Assembly: GCA_035546035.1 (NCBI GenBank)
Contig: DASZXC010000003.1
Span: 64,479-128,478 of the forward strand
Direction of reading: 5' to 3'
Length of the DNA stretch: 64,000 bases
Source: Minisyncoccota bacterium
GTDB taxonomy: Bacteria > Patescibacteriota > Minisyncoccia > Phycocordibacterales > UBA6065
Below are positions 35,080-45,325 of the stretch, one piece after another. The first letter of the stretch is position 1, and each line of letters starts with the position of its first letter. The notes under the pieces are model-generated. The model saw only the letters and a program-made list of their open reading frames with translations. It had not been told where the DNA came from and did no database searches. The translations under genes and the position numbers were made by a program.

Positions 35080-36255
35080 CTAAGGAAGGAATTGGGCGAA
35101 CCAGCCTTTCAACGCCCGCGCGAACGACGCGCCGCCTTTGACGAGCCCCTGGTCCGCGCCCTCGTCGCTTCCGATCCCGAGGATGGTGAGCCCGTATGCG
35201 ACCGACCATGACGAATCCTTGATCCCGTTCCTTCCGTCTATGCCCAGTTTGGCGATGCGCGACGGGAGCTTGAGGGAAGCTTTGGCCAGGTCTTCGATCG
35301 TCGATATCCCGGAGCCCCCTCCGGTGATGATGATGCCCGCGGGAAGGAGCCCATTTCTGTCGATCTTCTTCAGATGCGCTTCAATGAGGTCGAAGATGTC
35401 CGAGAGCCGCGCGCCGACGATCTCGTCGAGCTTCTTCTTCGATATCTGAACGTTCGAAAGGGATCCGCGCTTGAGGCTTTCGGCGTCTTCGATCGGAAGC
35501 TTCAGGCCGAGCGCGATATCGTTCGTGATATCGTTCGAGCCTATAGGGAAGACCTCGAGAGAGATCGGCAGATTGTTCTCGTAGACGACGATCGAGACGG
35601 TCTCGGCGCCGATATTGGCGAGCAAGCAGCCCGCGACTTTCTGGTTCTTGGTCAGGGTGACGAGAGCGCCTGCGATAGGCGATGCGACGACGTCGAGGAC
35701 CTCGATCCCAGCATCCGTTATGGCGTCTATGAGGTCGTCGAGATGCTGGGAGAGGCAGGTCACGAAAAGCACTTTGGCCTCCAGCTTGCTGCCCTTCATG
35801 CCCATAGGGCGGCCGAATACCGGCTTGCCGTCGATCTTATAGGAAAGGGGAACGGTGTGGATGATGCGGCGGTTGACCGTCTGCGATGCGGGTATGTTCC
35901 GCTCCGCGGCAGACGAAGCCTTGTCTATGTCTACCTGCGATACCTCGGCGTCGCCCCTGGAGATGGCGACCGATCCTACGGATGCGACGCTTTGGAGGCT
36001 GATGCCGCCGATCGAAATGAACGCTTTTTTGATGCGCACGCCGGCTGCCTTTTCCGCCTGGGCGACGGCATGGAGGACCGACTTGGTGACGTCGCGCGAA
36101 TTGACGATATAGCCGTGGCGGAGGCCTTTCGATTCGGCGAATCCGGTACCGACGATGCGCGGCAGCTTGTCGCCCTCGTCCGGATCGGATTCGGAGACGA
36201 CCACCTTGACCTGATAGGTGCCTATATCTATGCCTGCGGCGATGTGTTTGCGCAT
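35080..36255 (-). CDS. ftsA: cell division protein FtsA
   Basis: Actin-like ATPase start AAGIDIGTYQVKVVV, SHS2 insertion, and conserved genomic position next to ftsZ. Confidence 0.85.
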   Translation of the reverse strand: MRKHIAAGIDIGTYQVKVVVSESDPDEGDKLPRIVGTGFAESKGLRHGYIVNSRDVTKSVLHAVAQAEKAAGVRIKKAFISIGGISLQSVASVGSVAISRGDAEVSQVDIDKASSAAERNIPASQTVNRRIIHTVPLSYKIDGKPVFGRPMGMKGSKLEAKVLFVTCLSQHLDDLIDAITDAGIEVLDVVASPIAGALVTLTKNQKVAGCLLANIGAETVSIVVYENNLPISLEVFPIGSNDITNDIALGLKLPIEDAESLKRGSLSNVQISKKKLDEIVGARLSDIFDLIEAHLKKIDRNGLLPAGIIITGGGSGISTIEDLAKASLKLPSRIAKLGIDGRNGIKDSSWSVAYGLTILGIGSDEGADQGLVKGGASFARALKGWFAQFLP

Positions 36256-36291
36256 GAGTAGAGACGTATGCGCGACCGGCAGTTGCCGGGG

Positions 36292-36675
36292 CTAGACCCC
36301 GAATTCCTTTCGAAATCGCGCTTCCGTTCTCTCCATTGTAGCGCCATGGTCCAATCCTTTCAAATGGCAGAGTGCGTGGATAAAGAGATAGGCGATCATA
36401 TTAGACGGCTCCCGGTCGAATTGCGGCGCCTGGCGTCCGGCCTCGAGGGGGTTGATGAATACCTCGCCCGAATCAGGGCCAAGCTCGAATGACAGCACGT
36501 TCGGTATATAGTCTTTGTTCTTGGTCCTGATGCTGATCTGGCGTGATTCCTCGTCGCCGACGAAGGCGAGGGAGAGGTCATAGTCAGGGCCCAATACGGC
36601 GTCTTTCATATCGGCAAAAGGCACGCGGGGGAGCGTGCCTTTCGTCTTGTTTATGATGGAGAGCTTTGATGCCAT
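36292..36675 (-). CDS. ybeY: rRNA maturation endoribonuclease YbeY
   Basis: HALCHLKGLDH zinc motif. Start at the internal Met MASKLSII. The track ORF 36292-36969 merges this gene with rpsU. Confidence 0.7.
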   Translation of the reverse strand: MASKLSIINKTKGTLPRVPFADMKDAVLGPDYDLSLAFVGDEESRQISIRTKNKDYIPNVLSFELGPDSGEVFINPLEAGRQAPQFDREPSNMIAYLFIHALCHLKGLDHGATMERTEARFRKEFGV

Positions 36676-36677
36676 CT

Positions 36678-36950
36678 CTATCGCTTGCCCTTGCCTCGAG
36701 GAAGGTCGGGATTGATCTTGCCGAGCTTGATCTGCTCCGCGCGGTCTTCGCGGCGCTTGATGCCTTCGAGGGTCTTCATCTTTCGCTTGTACGATGAGAG
36801 GGTGCGCTCGTGATAGCGGATGCCGCGGACGCGAGGGAGGACGCCCGAACCCTGGACGCGCTTCGTGAAGCGCCTCAAGAGGCCCAATGGGTTCTCTGTG
36901 CCGTTCCTTACGATTTCTACGTTGGTTGCCATAGACGGATAGCCTATCAC
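36678..36950 (-). CDS. rpsU: 30S ribosomal protein S21
   Basis: Basic 80-90-aa protein, VEIVRNGTENPLGLLRRFTKRVQGSGVLPRVR, similar to the S21 N-terminus. Start at 36950 or 36932. Confidence 0.55.
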   Translation of the reverse strand: MIGYPSMATNVEIVRNGTENPLGLLRRFTKRVQGSGVLPRVRGIRYHERTLSSYKRKMKTLEGIKRREDRAEQIKLGKINPDLPRGKGKR

Positions 36951-36987
36951 AGGGCCCTAAAAAGCTCAAGTTTAGGGCCTCTGAGGC

Positions 36988-38247
36988 CTATACCTTGTAT
37001 TTTTTGAGCTTCGCCGGGGCATCTCCGATGAGGACGGTGTCCTGCGAGCGGGTGGCCGAATCGCGGACGATGACGCTGCCTTCCATAGCTTCCTTTTTGC
37101 CCATGATGACGACGGCAGGGGCCTGGGTCTTTTCGGCGATGCCGACCTGGCCGGCCATCTTGTCCTTGGCGAGGGACTGGATGACGGGGATGCCCGCTTG
37201 GCGGAGCGTTTCGATCAGGCGGAGGCTCTTCAGTTTCGCTTCGAAGCCTAGCTGCATGAAGCAGATCTGCGGAGCGAGCAGTTTCGCTATCTTCGACGGC
37301 TTCAATATCTCGCCCTTCGCCGGCTTGCCGACGAAGGCCAGGGAAACGCCGACGGCAGGAAGGTCTTTCTTGTGGCCGAGCCGCTTGGCGAGCGTGTCAT
37401 AGCGGATGCCGATGGCGAGGGGGTGCGCCTTCGGGTCGCTCTTGCGGATCTCGAACACCGTTTCGCTGCAGAAATCGCGATTGGCGACCAGGGCATTCGT
37501 GATAGCGTAGGGGATCTCGAGCGTTTCGAGGTATTCCAAGACTTCCTTGAAATGTTGACGTGAGCGCTCCGAGAGGAAATTGATGGATTTAGGGCAGTCT
37601 TCGGTCAGGCGGCGGCAGGCCTCGTGATCGCAGCCGAGGAGGCTGAATACGTCCTTTTTCATCACGTCGCGGCATTTCTGCGGCAGGTTCGCCATGTTCT
37701 TGCGATAGTATGCGGTGATCTCGCGGGTGAATCGGGCGAGCGATTCCTTGTCGCCGATAGAGTTTATCTCGACGTGAAGGTCGGTTTCGCCGCGCTCCTT
37801 GAATGCGGCGAGCGCCGCCTGAATCAAGAGCGCCTCGGCGATCGATTTATTCGCGCCGACGATCTCAAGGCCGTAATGAGACTCCTTCGGATTGGCCTTG
37901 CGACGGTCGCCTACGAACGGTTTTTTATAGAAGAACATGACCGGCTGGGGCAGGGTCCACATCTTCTCCCGCTCATAGAGCCTGATGAGGGCGATCTTCT
38001 CCTCGAGGCGCACCGCCGCGCCTTCTTCGTGGTTGTCGTGGTCTACGACGATCTCGGCCTCGCTGATCTTCTTGGCCTCGGCGCTGTCTTCGGGATTGAT
38101 ATGAGGCAGGGCGAGGGGGGTGAAGCCGTAAAAGAGGGCGACTTCGCCGATCTTATCTATACCCTCATACGAGACGTATTTCGGATGGGACAATGCGGGG
38201 CGCTTGGTCTTGCGCGCAGGCTTCTTAGGGGTCGAAACGGTGCTCAT
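36988..38247 (-). CDS. hisS: histidyl-tRNA synthetase
   Basis: Class II core with GIRYDTLAKRLG and LPAVGVSLAFV motifs, and a C-terminal anticodon-binding domain. Confidence 0.7.
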   Translation of the reverse strand: MSTVSTPKKPARKTKRPALSHPKYVSYEGIDKIGEVALFYGFTPLALPHINPEDSAEAKKISEAEIVVDHDNHEEGAAVRLEEKIALIRLYEREKMWTLPQPVMFFYKKPFVGDRRKANPKESHYGLEIVGANKSIAEALLIQAALAAFKERGETDLHVEINSIGDKESLARFTREITAYYRKNMANLPQKCRDVMKKDVFSLLGCDHEACRRLTEDCPKSINFLSERSRQHFKEVLEYLETLEIPYAITNALVANRDFCSETVFEIRKSDPKAHPLAIGIRYDTLAKRLGHKKDLPAVGVSLAFVGKPAKGEILKPSKIAKLLAPQICFMQLGFEAKLKSLRLIETLRQAGIPVIQSLAKDKMAGQVGIAEKTQAPAVVIMGKKEAMEGSVIVRDSATRSQDTVLIGDAPAKLKKYKV

Positions 38248-38278
38248 ACGGGTATGATTTGAATATTAATACGGACGG

Positions 38279-38887
38279 CTACTCCTGCGCCTTCTCGAGC
38301 GTGTCGAACATGGTCGAGCTCGCCGCCTCGCCCGGCCACAGGCCGATCTTCGAGAACGGGAGCAGCCTCACGAACGGCCTGCCGATGAGGTCGCTCTTCG
38401 GCAGAGGACCCCATACGCGGGAGTCCGAGCTGACGAGTCTGTTGTCGCCCATGACGAAATACTCGTCGGGACCGAGGGTCTCCGTCAGATTGCCGAACGT
38501 GCGCGAATGTATATACGGCTCGTTCAATCGCACACCCTGCGGATTTTCCTTGTTCATGACCGTGACGGAGTCGCTTTTGACGACGATGGTTTCCCCCGGG
38601 AGGCCGATGAGCCTCTTTATGAAATATTTGGACGGATCCTGCGGATAGCGGAATATGAGGACGTCGCCGCGCGAAGGCTCGTGGAAGTGGTAGGATATCT
38701 CGTCCACGATCAGATATTCGCCGTTCGCGAACGTAGCGTCCATCGAGTCTCCGTTCACGACGAACGGCTGAGCGACCCACATGCGGACCGGGACGACGAT
38801 GACGAGGGCGAAGAGGGCGTAATAGAGGAGCTCTTTCCAAAACGAGCCTTGCTTTTGAGGTCGGGCTTGCTCGTTTTCAGGTTGCAT
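38279..38887 (-). CDS. lepB: signal peptidase I
   Basis: TM anchor, catalytic Ser box GDSMDATF, VMGDNRLVSSDSRVWG box E. Confidence 0.8.
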   Translation of the reverse strand: MQPENEQARPQKQGSFWKELLYYALFALVIVVPVRMWVAQPFVVNGDSMDATFANGEYLIVDEISYHFHEPSRGDVLIFRYPQDPSKYFIKRLIGLPGETIVVKSDSVTVMNKENPQGVRLNEPYIHSRTFGNLTETLGPDEYFVMGDNRLVSSDSRVWGPLPKSDLIGRPFVRLLPFSKIGLWPGEAASSTMFDTLEKAQE

Positions 38888-38983
38888 CGAGAGAGAAGAT
38901 TAATTGGGTTGATGTAGTTTAGTACGAAGACGGCTATGGACACAATGGCATATCGCATGTTGTGGACATGACCGCGGCCTTCC

Positions 38984-39646
38984 GTGGCATATAATGGGCG
39001 CATGATAATCATCGGACTCGGAAATCCCGGCGCTGAATACGAAGGCACGCGGCACAATGCAGGCCGCGAGGCGGTCATGGCATTCGCCAAGAAGACGGGC
39101 ATGGGCGAATTCGAAATGGACAAGAAAGCCCAGGCTCTGGTCCTGACGGGCAGCGTGGACGGCAAGGCGGGCAAGGGCAAGGCGACGCTCGTCCTCCCGG
39201 AGACCTTCATGAACAAATCCGGCGCATCAGCCGGCAGATTCGCCAAGGGCGCGAAGAAAATGAAGGACTCGCAGGGCAAGGCGATCAAGGCTTTCCCTGA
39301 AATGATCATCGTTCACGACGATCTCGACATTCCTTTAGGCAAAGCGAAGATGTCCTGGGACAAAAGCGCCGGCGGCCACAAGGGCGTCGCGTCCGTCCTG
39401 AAAGCGCTCGGCACCGAAGCCGTGTTCCGCATCAGGATCGGCATCACTCCCGCCAAAGCGTCGGGCGCATTGAAGAAGCCCGATCATGAGACGATCATAG
39501 ACAATTTCATCGTCGCCGGATTCAAAGAGAAGGAAGCGGGCGAACTGAAGAAGGTCATAAAGAAAGTCGTCGACTGTCTCGAGCTCGCCGTCACGGATTC
39601 TCCGGAGCGGGCCATGAGCGAATATAACGCCGAGTTCAATAGATAG
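38984..39646 (+). CDS. pth: peptidyl-tRNA hydrolase with Lys-rich insertion
   Basis: MIIIGLGNPGAEYEGTRHNAG catalytic motif. Hairpin plus T-run terminator at 39674-39708. Confidence 0.8.
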   Translation: MAYNGRMIIIGLGNPGAEYEGTRHNAGREAVMAFAKKTGMGEFEMDKKAQALVLTGSVDGKAGKGKATLVLPETFMNKSGASAGRFAKGAKKMKDSQGKAIKAFPEMIIVHDDLDIPLGKAKMSWDKSAGGHKGVASVLKALGTEAVFRIRIGITPAKASGALKKPDHETIIDNFIVAGFKEKEAGELKKVIKKVVDCLELAVTDSPERAMSEYNAEFNR

Positions 39647-39872
39647 CCGAAGGCGTTCCCTCCAAATAAAATGGCGTCTGTCCTTGCTAGACAGACGCCG
39701 GTTTTGGTGTCAGGTGCTTAGGGGTGTCGCACCAGGCAACAGGGCTCAGTTCGGGGGTAAAAAAGAGCCTTATTTCAGCTTTCCTTCTAATCATACACCT
39801 TAATGATCTATAAGTCAAGTAAGATGCAGACCCCGTACTTTTAATACGCCGGAGATAGAGATTTACATTCAG

Positions 39873-39933
39873 GCCAGCAAGAGCATATAAAAACACCCCA
39901 GACCCCGGGGTGTTTTTATATGCTCTTGCTGGC
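39873..39933. repeat. 61-bp palindrome with 27-bp perfect arms between convergent pth and rpsA; same family as 33714-33774
   Basis: gccagcaagagcatataaaaacacccc agacccc ggggtgtttttatatgctcttgctggc read directly. Confidence 0.85.
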
Positions 39934-39941
39934 TAAGCCCT

Positions 39942-41075
39942 CTACTTCTTCTCTCCGGCGTACGAGAGCGTCATCTTCTGATTCGCCGCGTCGAACAAGG
40001 TTATCTTGAACGGATATACCTTGCCGAGCTCGAGGTTGGCGCGGAGCTTCTCCTCGGATTCGAATTCAGAGACATGGACGAGGCCCGCAACGCCTTCTTC
40101 GATCGAAGCGAGCGCGCCGTGGCGGTTGAACTTGATCACGATGCCTTTGACGACCATATCCTTCTTGTACTTCTTGCCGGCCTCTGCCCATGGGTTCGGC
40201 TTGAGGGCCTTGATCGAGAGCGACACTTTGCCGTCCTTGACCTCGATGACCTTCACGCGGACCTTGTCGCCGACCTTGAAGCGAGTCTTCGGATCTTCGA
40301 CGAGAGCCCAGTCGATCTCCGAGATGTGGACGAGGCCTTCGAGCCCTTCGTCGATCTTGACGAAGACGCCGAAGTCGACCATGCCGGTGACCTTGCCTTC
40401 GATCTCGTCGCCGACCTTGAATTTAGCGACCGCTACCGCCTTGTCCTTGCCTTCGACGGAGTTCTTCTCCGAGAAGATGAGCTTGCCCTCCTTAGGGAAT
40501 GCGCCGATGATCGAAACGGCGATCTTAGTGCCGACGAGCTTCTTCAATTCCTCGAGAATGCGGTCCTTGTCGCCGTCCTGTACGCGAGGATAGTGCTCGG
40601 GCTTGAGCTGGGACGCAGGGAGGAAGCCCTGGATGCCCTGCCATTCGATGATGAGGCCGCCCTTGTTCGCTTCCTTGATAGGGAGCTCGAGGATGGTCTT
40701 CGCAACGATGGCCTGCTCCGCCTCGGTCCAGATCAAAGCCTGGCGAGCCTCCTTGAGGGAGAGCTCGACGTAGCCTTCCTTGTTCGAAGCGTCGACGACT
40801 TTGGCCGATACCTTGTCGCCGATGTTGATCTTCTTGATGACGTCGCGCGCGAGGATGTATTCGCGGCCGTAGATAATACCGGTACCGAACGGAGGGAGGT
40901 CTACGAAGACGCCCTTCTTGTCGATAGCGATGACGGAACCCTCCACGAGGTCTCCGACGTTAGGAGGAGTAGCCGAAGCGGCGAGCATCTTGCCCATTGC
41001 CGTCTCCGACTTCTTCTTTGCCTCGGCCTCTGCTGCGAGAACGGCCTCGGTCTTTTTGGTTGTTTCTTTTGCCAT
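39942..41075 (-). CDS. rpsA: 30S ribosomal protein S1 (four S1 domains)
   Basis: Repeated S1 OB-fold motifs (GDLVEGSV, GDKVSAKV, GDEIEGKV, GDKVRVKV). Confidence 0.8.
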   Translation of the reverse strand: MAKETTKKTEAVLAAEAEAKKKSETAMGKMLAASATPPNVGDLVEGSVIAIDKKGVFVDLPPFGTGIIYGREYILARDVIKKINIGDKVSAKVVDASNKEGYVELSLKEARQALIWTEAEQAIVAKTILELPIKEANKGGLIIEWQGIQGFLPASQLKPEHYPRVQDGDKDRILEELKKLVGTKIAVSIIGAFPKEGKLIFSEKNSVEGKDKAVAVAKFKVGDEIEGKVTGMVDFGVFVKIDEGLEGLVHISEIDWALVEDPKTRFKVGDKVRVKVIEVKDGKVSLSIKALKPNPWAEAGKKYKKDMVVKGIVIKFNRHGALASIEEGVAGLVHVSEFESEEKLRANLELGKVYPFKITLFDAANQKMTLSYAGEKK

Positions 41076-41286
41076 GAATGAAAAAGGCCTGAAATGTCTC
41101 TCCGCGCAGTTACTCGTAGCTTTGCCCTGACGGGCGCCTGCGGAAAGGGTTAATTTCGAGGTATTTTCTTGTAAATACTGATCGAAACGTAGGTTTCGGC
41201 CAGCTCGGACATACTATCAAAAGACGGAATAAAGTAAAGAAACGCGCGCCCTAGAAACAAATCGCGAAATACTCTATACTCTCCGC

Positions 41287-41919
41287 ATGGTAATAACGTA
41301 TCAAGGCGGCGCGTCCGTAAAGGTCCAGTTCGGCGATATCACGCTCGCGGTCAATCCCGTATCCAAGGACTCGAAGAAGCTCAAGCCGTCCAAATTCGGC
41401 TCTGACATCGCCCTCGTCTCCATAAACGACGTCGACTGGAACGGCGTCGACACGGTCTCGTTCGGCGAAAAGAAAGCGTTCGCCATCAGCGGTCCGGGCG
41501 AATATGAAATAAAGGGCGTATTCATCAAGGGCTTCAAGTCCGATTCGAAATACGGCGGGGAAGACAGGATCAACGCTATATATACGGTCAACCTCGAGAA
41601 TATGAATCTCTGCTTCCTCGGCGCCCACGGGGGCAAAGATCTTCCGGATGAAGCGTCGGAGGCTCTCGACGACGTTGATATCCTCTTCGTCGCCCTCGGC
41701 GCCGACGGCGTCATGTCGCCGGCCGACGCGTATAAGCTCGCGGTGAACATCGGTCCGAAGCTCATCATTCCACTCTCATTCGGCAACAGCGCGGCGCTCA
41801 AGACTTTCCTCAAAGAAGCGGGCGAAGAATCCGTTAAGCCGCAGGATAAGCTCACGCTCAAGAAAAAAGATCTCGAAGGAAAGGAAGCCGACGTCGTCCT
41901 CCTCGAACCGGCGGCATAG
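41287..41919 (+). CDS. hypothetical metallo-hydrolase-like protein
   Basis: 210 aa with beta-rich pattern. Weak resemblance to MBL-fold proteins. Confidence 0.3.
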   Translation: MVITYQGGASVKVQFGDITLAVNPVSKDSKKLKPSKFGSDIALVSINDVDWNGVDTVSFGEKKAFAISGPGEYEIKGVFIKGFKSDSKYGGEDRINAIYTVNLENMNLCFLGAHGGKDLPDEASEALDDVDILFVALGADGVMSPADAYKLAVNIGPKLIIPLSFGNSAALKTFLKEAGEESVKPQDKLTLKKKDLEGKEADVVLLEPAA

Positions 41920-41952
41920 TCAGCGTGAAAATAATAGGGCGGCGCAACGCAC

Positions 41953-42237
41953 ATGTTCGAATATTTCGAAAATCTCCGAAAGAAGCCTGAAGCCGAGAGG
42001 CGCAAGGCCGTCGTTCTCATATCGCTGGCCATCACGCTCGCGATCGGCCTTATATGGGGCGCCTTTCTCTATATGCGCATCAGCGTCACGGATTTCTCGT
42101 TCCCGAGCGACCAGGCGGCGAAAGGCATGCCGGGCTTCGGCCGAATCTTCTCTGATTTCATGAAGAATGCGGGCGTCATTTTCGGCGCCTCGGACGACGC
42201 TCAGGCGACCGATACGGGGGTGGCAGAGACGCAGTAA
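41953..42237 (+). CDS. hypothetical small membrane protein
   Basis: 94 aa with one TM helix. Confidence 0.3.
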   Translation: MFEYFENLRKKPEAERRKAVVLISLAITLAIGLIWGAFLYMRISVTDFSFPSDQAAKGMPGFGRIFSDFMKNAGVIFGASDDAQATDTGVAETQ

Positions 42238-42315
42238 AAATGCTATAATAGACGTAATAAAATCTTGCAGAAGCGCCTTTTATTTTCGCCTTAACCTAAC
42301 GCTTTAATAACCTTT

Positions 42316-44787
42316 ATGGCCGCAAAAAATCCCGCTGCTACGCCTGATCCGAAACTTCCGCTCGTCGAAAAGGGCATCGTCGGCCGCTCGATCGTGACGG
42401 AGATGCGCGAGTCGTACCTCGACTATGCGATGTCCGTCATTACGAGCCGCGCGCTTCCTGACGTGCGCGACGGCCTCAAGCCCGTCCATCGCCGCATCCT
42501 CTATGCGATGAACGAGATCGGTCTCACCGCATCCGCCAAGACGCGAAAGTCCGCGACCGTGGTCGGCGAAGTGCTCGGTAAATACCACCCGCACGGCGAC
42601 GCGGCGGTATACGAATCGATGGTCAAGATGGCGCAGGACTTCTCGATGCGCTATCCCCTCATCATCGGCCAGGGCAACTTCGGCTCGATAGACGGCGACG
42701 GCGCTGCGGCGATGCGCTATACCGAGGCGAAGATGTCGCGCATGGCGGCAGAGCTCCTTAAGGACCTCGAAAAGGAGACCGTCGAATTCCGTCCGAACTA
42801 TGACAACACTAAAAAAGAGCCTGCGGTCCTTCCGGCGGCCGTCCCTAATCTCTTATTGAATGGTACGCTTGGCATCGCCGTCGGCATGGCGACGAATATC
42901 CCTCCGCATAATCTGGGCGAAGTGATCGACGCGACCACGCACCTCATCGAGAACAAAGACGCGACGACCGAAGACCTGCTTAATTTCATAAAAGGCCCCG
43001 ACTTCCCGACGGGCGGCAACATTTTCAGCGAAAAAGACATCCAGCACGCCTATGCCACCGGCAAGGGCGGCATCCTGGCGCGCGGCGACGCCGAGATCGT
43101 CGAGAACAAGGCTGGCCAGTTCCAGATCGTCATCACGTCCATCCCATACCGCGTCGTCAAAGCCGATCTCATCATGGCGATCGCAGACCTGGTTCGCGAC
43201 AAGAAGATCGAGGGCATCAAGGGCCTCCGCGACGAATCGGCGAAGGATATCCGCGTCGTCATAGACCTCAAGCAGGGGGCTCACCCGCAGAAGGTCCTCA
43301 ACTTCCTCTATAAGCACACCCAGCTCGAGGATACGTTCCATCTGAACATCGTCGCGCTCGTGAAGGGCCGCCCGGAGACGCTCGGCCTCAAATCGATCCT
43401 CGAGAATTTCATCGAGCATCGCATAGAGGTCGTGAAGCGCCGCACGGCATACGACCTCCGCATCGCGGAAGCGCGCGAGCATATCCTGCTTGGCCTTAAG
43501 AAAGCGCTCGACCATATAGACGAGATCATCAAGCTCATCAGGAAGTCCAAGGACGTCGAAGAAGCCAAGGCGGGCCTCATGAAGACGTTCAAGTTCAGCG
43601 ACCTCCAGGCGCAGGCCATCCTCGACATGCGCCTCCAGAAGCTCGCCGGCCTCGAGCGCAAGAAGGTCGAGGACGAATTGACCGCCGTCCAGGCTCTCAT
43701 AAAAGAATTGAAGGACCTCTTGGCTTCGCCGAAGAAGATCCTCGCTGTCATCAAGAAAGAGCTTACCGATATCAAGGAAAAGTACGGCGACGAGCGCCGC
43801 ACCAAGGTCGTGAAGCACGGAGCGAAGGTCATCTCCGACGAGGATCTCATTCCGGACGTCGAGAACGTCCTCGTCCTGACCCAGGGCGGATACGTGAAGC
43901 GCACGATCCCTGACGAATATCGCAAACAGAAGCGCGGCGGCGTCGGCGTCATAGACCTCGATACCAAAGAAGAGGACTTCGTGACGAACCTCGTCACGGC
44001 CAATACGCATGCCGATATCCTGTTCTTTACCGATAAAGGCAAGGCGTATCAGATAAAGATGTACGAGCTCCCGGAGGGAAGGCGCGCTACGAAGGGCAAG
44101 GCTCTCGTGAACTTCCTTTCGCTTGCCGACAACGAGAAGGTCACGTCCATACTGCCGATGCCGAAAGAATCCAAGCAGGGCGGCCTGTCGCTCATGATGG
44201 TCACTAAGGACGGCACGGCGAAGAAGGTAAAAGCAGAAAGCTTCCACGACGTGCGCCGATCGGGCCTCATCGCTATCACGCTCGAATCGGGTGACGCCCT
44301 TATGTCCGTATCGTTCGTATCCAAGGGCGACGAGATGTCCATCGTCACCGCCGAAGGCCAGTCCATCAGGTTCAGGGAATCCGACATCCGCGAAATGGGA
44401 CGATCCGCGATGGGCGTGCGCGGCATATCGTTGGGTAAAGGAGACGCCGTCATCAGCGCCGACGTCATAAAGTCGGGCGCGAAATCCACCCGCCTCATGG
44501 TTATCTCGAAGAACGGCTACGGCAAGACGACCGAAGCGTCCGAATACAAGACCCAGAAGCGCGGCGGCTCCGGCATCCTTACTATGAACGTCACCGACAA
44601 GACCGGTCCCGTCATATCCGCCAAGGTCATCACCGAAGAGGACAGCGAGCTCGTCGCTATGTCAAAGAAATCGCAGGTCGTTCGCGTGTCGCTCGCCGAG
44701 ATACCCGTCCTCGGCCGTTCTACGCAGGGCGTGCGTGTTATGAAATTGCGCGAAGGGGATAGCCTTGCTTCGGTAGTGTGCCTATAA
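42316..44787 (+). CDS. gyrA: DNA gyrase subunit A
   Basis: [28 protein letters not shown] with the active-site Tyr region, and C-terminal beta-pinwheel repeats. Confidence 0.9.
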   Translation: MAAKNPAATPDPKLPLVEKGIVGRSIVTEMRESYLDYAMSVITSRALPDVRDGLKPVHRRILYAMNEIGLTASAKTRKSATVVGEVLGKYHPHGDAAVYESMVKMAQDFSMRYPLIIGQGNFGSIDGDGAAAMRYTEAKMSRMAAELLKDLEKETVEFRPNYDNTKKEPAVLPAAVPNLLLNGTLGIAVGMATNIPPHNLGEVIDATTHLIENKDATTEDLLNFIKGPDFPTGGNIFSEKDIQHAYATGKGGILARGDAEIVENKAGQFQIVITSIPYRVVKADLIMAIADLVRDKKIEGIKGLRDESAKDIRVVIDLKQGAHPQKVLNFLYKHTQLEDTFHLNIVALVKGRPETLGLKSILENFIEHRIEVVKRRTAYDLRIAEAREHILLGLKKALDHIDEIIKLIRKSKDVEEAKAGLMKTFKFSDLQAQAILDMRLQKLAGLERKKVEDELTAVQALIKELKDLLASPKKILAVIKKELTDIKEKYGDERRTKVVKHGAKVISDEDLIPDVENVLVLTQGGYVKRTIPDEYRKQKRGGVGVIDLDTKEEDFVTNLVTANTHADILFFTDKGKAYQIKMYELPEGRRATKGKALVNFLSLADNEKVTSILPMPKESKQGGLSLMMVTKDGTAKKVKAESFHDVRRSGLIAITLESGDALMSVSFVSKGDEMSIVTAEGQSIRFRESDIREMGRSAMGVRGISLGKGDAVISADVIKSGAKSTRLMVISKNGYGKTTEASEYKTQKRGGSGILTMNVTDKTGPVISAKVITEEDSELVAMSKKSQVVRVSLAEIPVLGRSTQGVRVMKLREGDSLASVVCL

Positions 44788-44794
44788 TAGGTGC

Positions 44795-45325
44795 ATGTTC
44801 TCCGACCCTCGGCACAATATCGAACAATTAGGCCTTTCTGACGGCGCGATCGTCGCCGATTTCGGCGCGGGCTCCGGCTTCTATGCGGTAGAAGCCGGGA
44901 AAGCCGTCGCTCCGAGCGGCACGGTATACGCCGTCGATATACAAAGAGAGCTTCTCGAGCGCCTGAAAAAAGAAGCGCAACGTCTCGGCGCTAAAAACAT
45001 AGAGATCATCGCAGGCAATATCGAAAAACTGGGCGGCTCTAAAATAAGGGAGGGAACGTGCGACGCTGTCATCGCTTCGAACGTGCTTTTCATGGTCGAG
45101 AACCGCAAGAACCTGATTCTCGAAGCGAAGCGAGTCCTCAAGCCGAACGGCAGGCTCCTCGTCATAGATTGGGCCGCCTCTTTTTCCCAGATGGGCCCGC
45201 ACGGCGATCATGTCATATATAAAGATGATGCCATGAATCTCGGCTTGTCCGCAGGCCTCGAATTCGAGCGCGAGATCCGCGCCGGAGCGCACCACTATGG
45301 TATAATTTTCCGCAAAAGGCAATGA
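44795..45325 (+). CDS. class I SAM-dependent methyltransferase
   Basis: Motif I VADFGAGSGFYAV and acidic motif II. Confidence 0.6.
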   Translation: MFSDPRHNIEQLGLSDGAIVADFGAGSGFYAVEAGKAVAPSGTVYAVDIQRELLERLKKEAQRLGAKNIEIIAGNIEKLGGSKIREGTCDAVIASNVLFMVENRKNLILEAKRVLKPNGRLLVIDWAASFSQMGPHGDHVIYKDDAMNLGLSAGLEFEREIRAGAHHYGIIFRKRQ

